Positions 59,337 through 64,000 of a DNA stretch of 64,000 nucleotides are shown in pieces (the stretch's first letter is position 1; the number at the start of each line of letters is the position of its first letter). Source of the stretch: Pseudomonadota bacterium (lineage in GTDB: Bacteria > Pseudomonadota > Alphaproteobacteria > Geminicoccales > Geminicoccaceae); NCBI GenBank assembly GCA_030549795.1, contig JAUQQO010000055.1, forward strand, positions 1,436 to 65,435, in the 5' to 3' direction. The translations under genes were made by a program, and so were the position numbers. The notes beneath the pieces were generated by a model that saw only the letters and a list, made by a program, of their open reading frames with translations, made no database searches and had not been told where the DNA came from.

Positions 59337-60650
59337 ATGTCGGAGCTCGAGACCGCGGAAACGCTCCGCCTTCCCAGTCCCGAGGCCTCCGATCGCGGGA
59401 TCGAAGCGGACCACGATGCATGCTCTCAGCCGGGCTCGCCTTTTGGGCACCGTGCGAAGATACGGCGCGCCCGCTTTCCGATCGGTCCGCGCGCGCGGGC
59501 GTTCAAGCGGCGGTTGTTTCCGGAAGTCAGCCGCAGCGAATGGGACGACTGGCGCTGGCAGCTGCGGAATCGTCTGCGCACGCTCGCGCAACTCGAGCGT
59601 GTCTTCCTTTTAAGTGAGGACGAGCGGGAAGCGATACGGCGCCATGAGGGGACGCTGCCCGTCGGCATCACGCCCTATTACGCCGCGCTCATGGACCCCG
59701 AGGATCCAACAGAGCCTTTGCGGCGCACCCACATCCCGGTCGGCGCGGAATATCTCATAAATCCCGGCGAGACCGAGGACCCGCTCGGTGAAGACTCGCA
59801 CATGGTGGCACCCGGTCTCGTCCATCGCTACCCCGATCGGGTGCTGTTCTTGGCCACCGCCTTTTGTTCCACTTATTGCCGCTATTGCACGCGTTCGCGC
59901 ATGGTCGGCGAGGTCGGCGGTGCCCATCGTTTCGCTTACCGCGAGTGGGAACAGGCGCTCGCCTATATCGAAGCCACGCCTTCGGTGCGCGACGTCCTTA
60001 TTTCCGGCGGGGATCCTTTAACACTCGGCGATGAGCGGCTGGATTGGCTGTTGGGACGCCTCAAGCGCATCCGCCACGTCGAGTTCGTGCGCATCGGCAG
60101 CAAAGTCCCCTTCGTCTTGCCGCAACGGATCACCCGCGAGCTCGTGCGCGTGCTGCGCCGGCATCGCCCGATCTGGTTGAGCCTGCACGCCACACATCCC
60201 AAGGAGCTCACTCCCGAGGTCGAAGAAGCCTGCAACCGGCTCGCCGACGCCGGAGTGCCGCTCGGCTCGCAGACCGTGCTGCTCAAGGGTGTCAACGACG
60301 AGGTCACAACGCTCAAGGCGCTCTTCCAGGGTCTGTTGCGGCTGCGCGTGCGCCCCTACTACCTCTTCCAGTGCGACCCCATCCGCGGCTCGGCGCATTT
60401 CCGGACCACCGTCGAGAAAGGCCTCGAGATCATCGCCGGCTTGCGCGGCCACACGAGCGGTTACGCGATCCCTCACTTCGTGGTCGATCTTCCGGGCGGC
60501 GGCGGCAAAGTTCCGCTCGTTCCCGAGTATCTCGTCGGCCGTGAAGGCGAGGATCTCGTCTTCCGCAACTTCGAAGGGCGTCAGTTCCGCTACCATGATC
60601 CCGACGGTCGGCTGGGCCGGTCGGCGGGTGGCGGAGAGGCGCCGTGCTGA
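59337..60650 (+). CDS. kamA: Lysine 2,3-aminomutase (KamA/AblA type radical-SAM, PLP enzyme)
   Basis: Colinear with my memory of Bacillus KamA: EWDDWRWQLRNR, ITPYYAALMDPEDP, HRYPDRVLFLATAFCSTYCRYCTRSRMVG (CxxxCxxC at 59865-59888), ISGGDPL, RPYYLFQCD, GLRGHTSGYAIPHFVVDLPGGGGKVPL (PLP Lys). About 50 N-terminal residues may be an extension. Confidence 0.9.
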   Translation: MSELETAETLRLPSPEASDRGIEADHDACSQPGSPFGHRAKIRRARFPIGPRARAFKRRLFPEVSRSEWDDWRWQLRNRLRTLAQLERVFLLSEDEREAIRRHEGTLPVGITPYYAALMDPEDPTEPLRRTHIPVGAEYLINPGETEDPLGEDSHMVAPGLVHRYPDRVLFLATAFCSTYCRYCTRSRMVGEVGGAHRFAYREWEQALAYIEATPSVRDVLISGGDPLTLGDERLDWLLGRLKRIRHVEFVRIGSKVPFVLPQRITRELVRVLRRHRPIWLSLHATHPKELTPEVEEACNRLADAGVPLGSQTVLLKGVNDEVTTLKALFQGLLRLRVRPYYLFQCDPIRGSAHFRTTVEKGLEIIAGLRGHTSGYAIPHFVVDLPGGGGKVPLVPEYLVGREGEDLVFRNFEGRQFRYHDPDGRLGRSAGGGEAPC

Positions 60651-61651
60651 TCGGTCTCACTTACGATCTGCGCGAGGAGTATCGGGTCCTGGGCCTGTCG
60701 GAGGAGCAGCTCGCCGAGTTCGATTCGGCCGAGACCATCGCCCAATTGCAAGCAACGCTCGAGCGGCTCGGCCATCGCGTCGAGCGCATCGGCAATGTGC
60801 GGCGATTGGCCGAGCGGCTGGTCGCCGGGGACCGCTGGGACCTCGTGTTCAACATCTGCGAAGGCATCGCCGGGCGCGCGCGCGAAGCGCAGGTACCGGC
60901 GCTGCTGGAGGCCTTCGGCCAACCCTACACCTTCGCCGATCCGCTCGTGATGGCGGCGACCTTGGACAAGGCGGTGGCCAAGCGGCTGGTGCGCGACCAT
61001 GGCCTTGCGACCGCACCCTTTGCGGTGGTCGCTCGACCCTCCGACGTCGCCGCGGTCGATCTACCCTTTCCCCTCTTCGTCAAGCCGATCGCCGAGGGGA
61101 CCGGCAAGGGCGTGTCGCCGGCTTCGCTCGTCCGCTCGCGCAAGGAGCTCAAGCGCGCCTGCGCGGTTCTGCTTCTCCGCTTCGCTCAGCCCGTGTTGGT
61201 CGAGACTTACCTTCCGGGTCGCGAGTTCACGGTCGGGATCGTGGGAACCGGGCCGCGTGCGCGCGTGCTGGGCACGCTCGAGATCGAGCTTCTGCCCGGC
61301 GCCGAGCCCGGCGTGTATTCTTTTGCGAACAAGGAGCGGTGCGAGGAACTGGTCCGCTACGTGCTCGTCGATGATGCCGAAGCTAAGGCGGCAGCCGAAC
61401 TCGCCTTGGCCTGCTATCGGGCGCTCGAATGTCGCGACGCCGGGCGGGTGGATCTGCGCAGCGATGCGAGCGGCAAACCGCAGTTTTTGGAAGTGAACCC
61501 GCTTGCGGGTCTCCACCCGACTCACTCCGATCTGCCGATCCTCGCCCAGAAAGTGGGGCTCGGCTATGATGGCTTGATCGGTGCGATCGTCGAGTCCGCA
61601 GCCGAGCGGGTGGGGCTGGCGCGTGCCGGCTTGCGCCGCGCCGGTCGCTGA
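60644..61651 (+). CDS. ATP-grasp ligase, D-alanine--D-alanine ligase-like family (paralog 1)
   Basis: The GTG at 60644 overlaps the kamA stop by 7 nt. DLVFNICEGIAGRAREAQVPALLEAFGQPYTF, DKAVAKRLV, FPLFVKPIAEGTGKGV and AGRVDLRSDASGKPQFLEVNPLAG (Mg/ATP-binding D...E-x-N). Confidence 0.8.
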   Translation: MLIGLTYDLREEYRVLGLSEEQLAEFDSAETIAQLQATLERLGHRVERIGNVRRLAERLVAGDRWDLVFNICEGIAGRAREAQVPALLEAFGQPYTFADPLVMAATLDKAVAKRLVRDHGLATAPFAVVARPSDVAAVDLPFPLFVKPIAEGTGKGVSPASLVRSRKELKRACAVLLLRFAQPVLVETYLPGREFTVGIVGTGPRARVLGTLEIELLPGAEPGVYSFANKERCEELVRYVLVDDAEAKAAAELALACYRALECRDAGRVDLRSDASGKPQFLEVNPLAGLHPTHSDLPILAQKVGLGYDGLIGAIVESAAERVGLARAGLRRAGR

Positions 61652-62649
61652 TGGAGCGGATCGTCATCCTCCACGGCGCGCTCGATCCCGGCGAGCGTCC
61701 GGACGAGCACGATACGCTCGTTCAGGTGCGCGAGGTCGAAGCGATCCTGGTCGCGCTCGGTTTTCGCACCGAGATCGTGGGCGTGGGGCTTGATCTGCGG
61801 GCGCTTTTGGCGCTCGCGCGCGATCCGCCGGCGGCCGTCTTCTACCTCGTCGAGGCGCTCGACGGCCGCGCCGCGCTCCAGCATCTGCCGGCGGCGGTGC
61901 TCGAAAGCCTGGGTATCGCCTTCACGGGAGCCCCAGCAACGGCGCTCGCCCTCACCACCGACAAGATCGCCGCCAAGCGGCTGATGCGGGAAGTCGGCCT
62001 GCCCACCCCCGAGTGGTGCGAAGGCCCGGCTCTTGCCGATCCCAAACGGCTGTGGATCGTCAAAGCGGTGGATGAGGACGCTTCGCTCGGTCTCGATGCC
62101 GGTGCGGTGGTGCCGGGATTTGCGGTGGCGGCGCGCATGGCCTGCATGCGGGCGCGTTGGGGCGGGCGGTGGTTCGCCGAGGCGTTCATAGAGGGGCGGG
62201 AATTCAACGTCCCCTTGCTCGAGGGGCCAAACGGGGTCGCGGTGATGCCGATAGGCGAAATCGACTTCAGCGACTATCCCCGCGACCGTCCGGCCATCGT
62301 CGACTACGACGCCAAATGGCGGCCGGGCTCGATCACCTGGAAGACGACACCGCGGATCTTCACCTCGCGCCCCGAAGACGGCGCTTTGCGGGCCGAACTC
62401 GCTGGGCTCGCGCGCCGCTGTTGGGATCTCTTCGGTCTGCGCGGCTACGCGCGTGTCGATTTTCGGGTCGACAGCCAAGGTCGGCCCTGGATCCTCGAGG
62501 TCAACGCCAACCCCTGTCTTTCCGCCGACGCTGGCTTCATCGCTGCGCTCGAAGAAGCCGGGTTCGATCAGCGCGAGGCGGTTGCGCGCATCCTCGGCCT
62601 CGCCTTGCGCGCCAAAGGCGGCTCGCGCGCGCCTTGCGCCGCCGAATGA
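61651..62649 (+). CDS. ATP-grasp ligase, D-alanine--D-alanine ligase-like family (paralog 2)
   Basis: The ATG at 61651 overlaps the upstream TGA by 1 nt. LVEALDGRAALQHLPAVLESLGIAFTG region, DKIAAKRLM, WIVKAVDEDASLG and YARVDFRVDSQGRPWILEVNANPCL. Confidence 0.8.
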   Translation: MERIVILHGALDPGERPDEHDTLVQVREVEAILVALGFRTEIVGVGLDLRALLALARDPPAAVFYLVEALDGRAALQHLPAAVLESLGIAFTGAPATALALTTDKIAAKRLMREVGLPTPEWCEGPALADPKRLWIVKAVDEDASLGLDAGAVVPGFAVAARMACMRARWGGRWFAEAFIEGREFNVPLLEGPNGVAVMPIGEIDFSDYPRDRPAIVDYDAKWRPGSITWKTTPRIFTSRPEDGALRAELAGLARRCWDLFGLRGYARVDFRVDSQGRPWILEVNANPCLSADAGFIAALEEAGFDQREAVARILGLALRAKGGSRAPCAAE

Positions 62650-63185
62650 GCGGAAGCGGCGTGAGCATTTCTTTTCTGCGCGCACCGTGCGGCTTTCGAT
62701 CGTGCGTGCGCGCCGAGGACGCAGGCGCGGTTGCCGAGCTCGTCAAAGCGACCGGCTTCTTTCGGCCGAGCGAGATCGCCATCGCGCGCGAGCTGGTCGA
62801 AGAGGCCTGCGCGCGCGGAGCCGAGGGTTCGGGCTATCATTTCCTCTTTGCCGACGACGAGGTCGGTCTTGCCGGCTATGTCTGCTTCGGCCCGATCGCG
62901 GGCACGGAGGCGAGCTTCGATCTCTATTGGATCGCGGTCCACCCCGACCGGCAAAGGCGCGGTCTTGGGCGCGCGCTGTTGGGAGCTGCCGAAGCGCGCA
63001 TCGCCGCCATGGGCGGGCGACGCATCTATATCGAGACCTCGACGAGCCCGCTCTACGCCGCCACGCGCGCCTTCTACGCCGCCTGCGGTTATCGCCACGA
63101 AGCGACGCTCCCCGACTTCTACGCGCCCGGCGACGGCAAGCTGTTTTTCGTCAAAGTTCTGGGTTCGCAGGAGCAGAAGAGGTGA
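62646..63185 (+). CDS. GNAT family N-acetyltransferase
   Basis: The ATG at 62646 overlaps the upstream stop (ATGA). Acetyl-CoA motif A: WIAVHPDRQRRGLGRALLGAAEARIAAMGGRRIYIETS, plus AFYAACGYRHE. The track ORF from 62157 is an extension in the same frame. Confidence 0.85.
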   Translation: MSGSGVSISFLRAPCGFRSCVRAEDAGAVAELVKATGFFRPSEIAIARELVEEACARGAEGSGYHFLFADDEVGLAGYVCFGPIAGTEASFDLYWIAVHPDRQRRGLGRALLGAAEARIAAMGGRRIYIETSTSPLYAATRAFYAACGYRHEATLPDFYAPGDGKLFFVKVLGSQEQKR

Positions 63186-63555
63186 AGATCGGGCGCATCG
63201 CCATCCGGCCGGCGGGCAAAAAGGGCCTCGGCGTCTTCGCAGCCGAGCCGATCGCGCGGTGCGATGCTGGAGAGCCGAGCGGTCTTCGAGCTCGCGGTTG
63301 AGGACGCGCCGCTCATCGAGGGCACGCGCTTTCGCCACCACTGTTGCGTGCATCCCGAGGAGGAGCGAGGCGTGGTCGTTTCTCGGCTGGCTCACCCTCG
63401 TCAATCCCGGCGCAGCGCCCTCGCTCGCGCCCATTTGGTCGCGTGATCTCGAGGTGGGTTGGGTGGTCGCGCCCAAGGCCACGGGTGATCTTACGGCGCG
63501 GGTCGAGCTTACGATCGACTACGGCTGTCCGCTCTGGTTCGATCCCTTGCCCTAA
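63182..63555 (+). pseudogene. SET-domain (lysine methyltransferase-like) gene apparently interrupted by two frameshifts
   Basis: The GTG at 63182 overlaps the GNAT stop (GTGA). Frame a reads VKIGRIAIRPAGKKGLGVFAAEPIAR. Frame b, from about 63258, reads GAMLESRAVFELAVEDAPLIEGTRFRHHCCVHPEEERGVVV. Frame c, from about 63380, reads FLGWLTLVNPGAAPSLAPIW...VVAPKATGDLTARVELTIDYGCPLWFDPLP and stops at 63555. Joined together, these resemble small bacterial SET proteins (GxGVFA ... NHSxxPN ... ELTxDYG ... WF). Confidence 0.35.
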
Positions 63556-63929
63556 GGCGAAGGACAGGCCCGAAGCCGCACCGCTTCGATCGGAGCATCG
63601 GGCGGCAAAAGCTCGGCGAGTGATCGGCATTCCGCGTGCGCACTGCACAGCTGCCAATCCTCGACCTCGCGCGAGCGCGAAAGACGAAGTTCAAAAACGG
63701 GCGCGAGCGTGGGGCGAAAGCGGAACACACCGCCCTTGAGCTGCGCGTCGGCGCCGGGCTCCATGCCGGCACCGCTTCCCAGAACACGGCTCTCGACCAA
63801 GACGAGTGCCCCCTCCACTGCCTGCCAATCCTCTTCCCAGCGCGTATGCTCGACCGAGTGGGTCCAAAGCAGGGTGAAGGCGGAAAGCGCGAGACGAACG
63901 GCGACGCCCGGGGCTTCGAGGCAGATCAC
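63552..63929 (-). CDS. Small DUF1850-like protein (family usually associated with TRAP-type transporters)
   Basis: 125 aa, GTG start. WTHSVEHTRWEEDWQ and LGSGAGMEP resemble the DUF1850 pattern as I remember it. A further minus-strand gene appears to end just upstream at the window edge. Confidence 0.45.
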   Translation of the reverse strand: MICLEAPGVAVRLALSAFTLLWTHSVEHTRWEEDWQAVEGALVLVESRVLGSGAGMEPGADAQLKGGVFRFRPTLAPVFELRLSRSREVEDWQLCSAHAECRSLAELLPPDAPIEAVRLRACPSP

Positions 63930-64000
63930 GGGGCGTAATCGCTCACGACGTCACAGCAGCGGGGCGGGCGCGCCGCGTGCGCCAGAAATGATGGGCGAAG

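Overview
This is a very GC-rich, densely coding bacterial chromosome segment whose gene content and order look alphaproteobacterial. Housekeeping blocks are: rpsB-tsf-pyrH-frr-uppS-cdsA-dxr-rseP-bamA-skp-fabZ on the minus strand (about 40.3-50.8 kb); gltX-gltA; comEC; polA; pyrF; and a complete urease operon ureDABCEFG (22.2-27.5 kb). Less ordinary content: (i) At 0.6-6.8 kb, an RpfF-like DSF-synthase gene lies convergent with an RpfC-like hybrid histidine kinase and a REC-PAS-GGDEF(degenerate)-EAL response regulator. (ii) A penicillin/AHL-acylase family gene sits next to two XRE regulators. (iii) D-carbamoylase and diaminopropionate ammonia-lyase genes are chained by overlapping stop/start codons onto the urease operon. 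(iv) An hsp20 plus J-protein pair lies behind a sigma-32-like promoter. (v) A partial four-carbon acid sugar cluster (otnK, otnC, otnI) is present. (vi) At 59.3-63.6 kb there is a tightly overlapping operon of lysine 2,3-aminomutase, two D-Ala-D-Ala-ligase-like ATP-grasp enzymes, a GNAT and an apparently frameshifted SET-domain gene. I consider (vi) the best candidate for an undescribed system. I saw no rRNA, bona fide tRNA, CRISPR array, transposase or integrase by eye. Start codons were refined by hand. Many track ORFs carry spurious N-terminal extensions, and many long ORFs are antisense shadows typical of high-GC DNA. All family assignments rest on motifs read from the translations plus remembered family knowledge. 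No database search was run.
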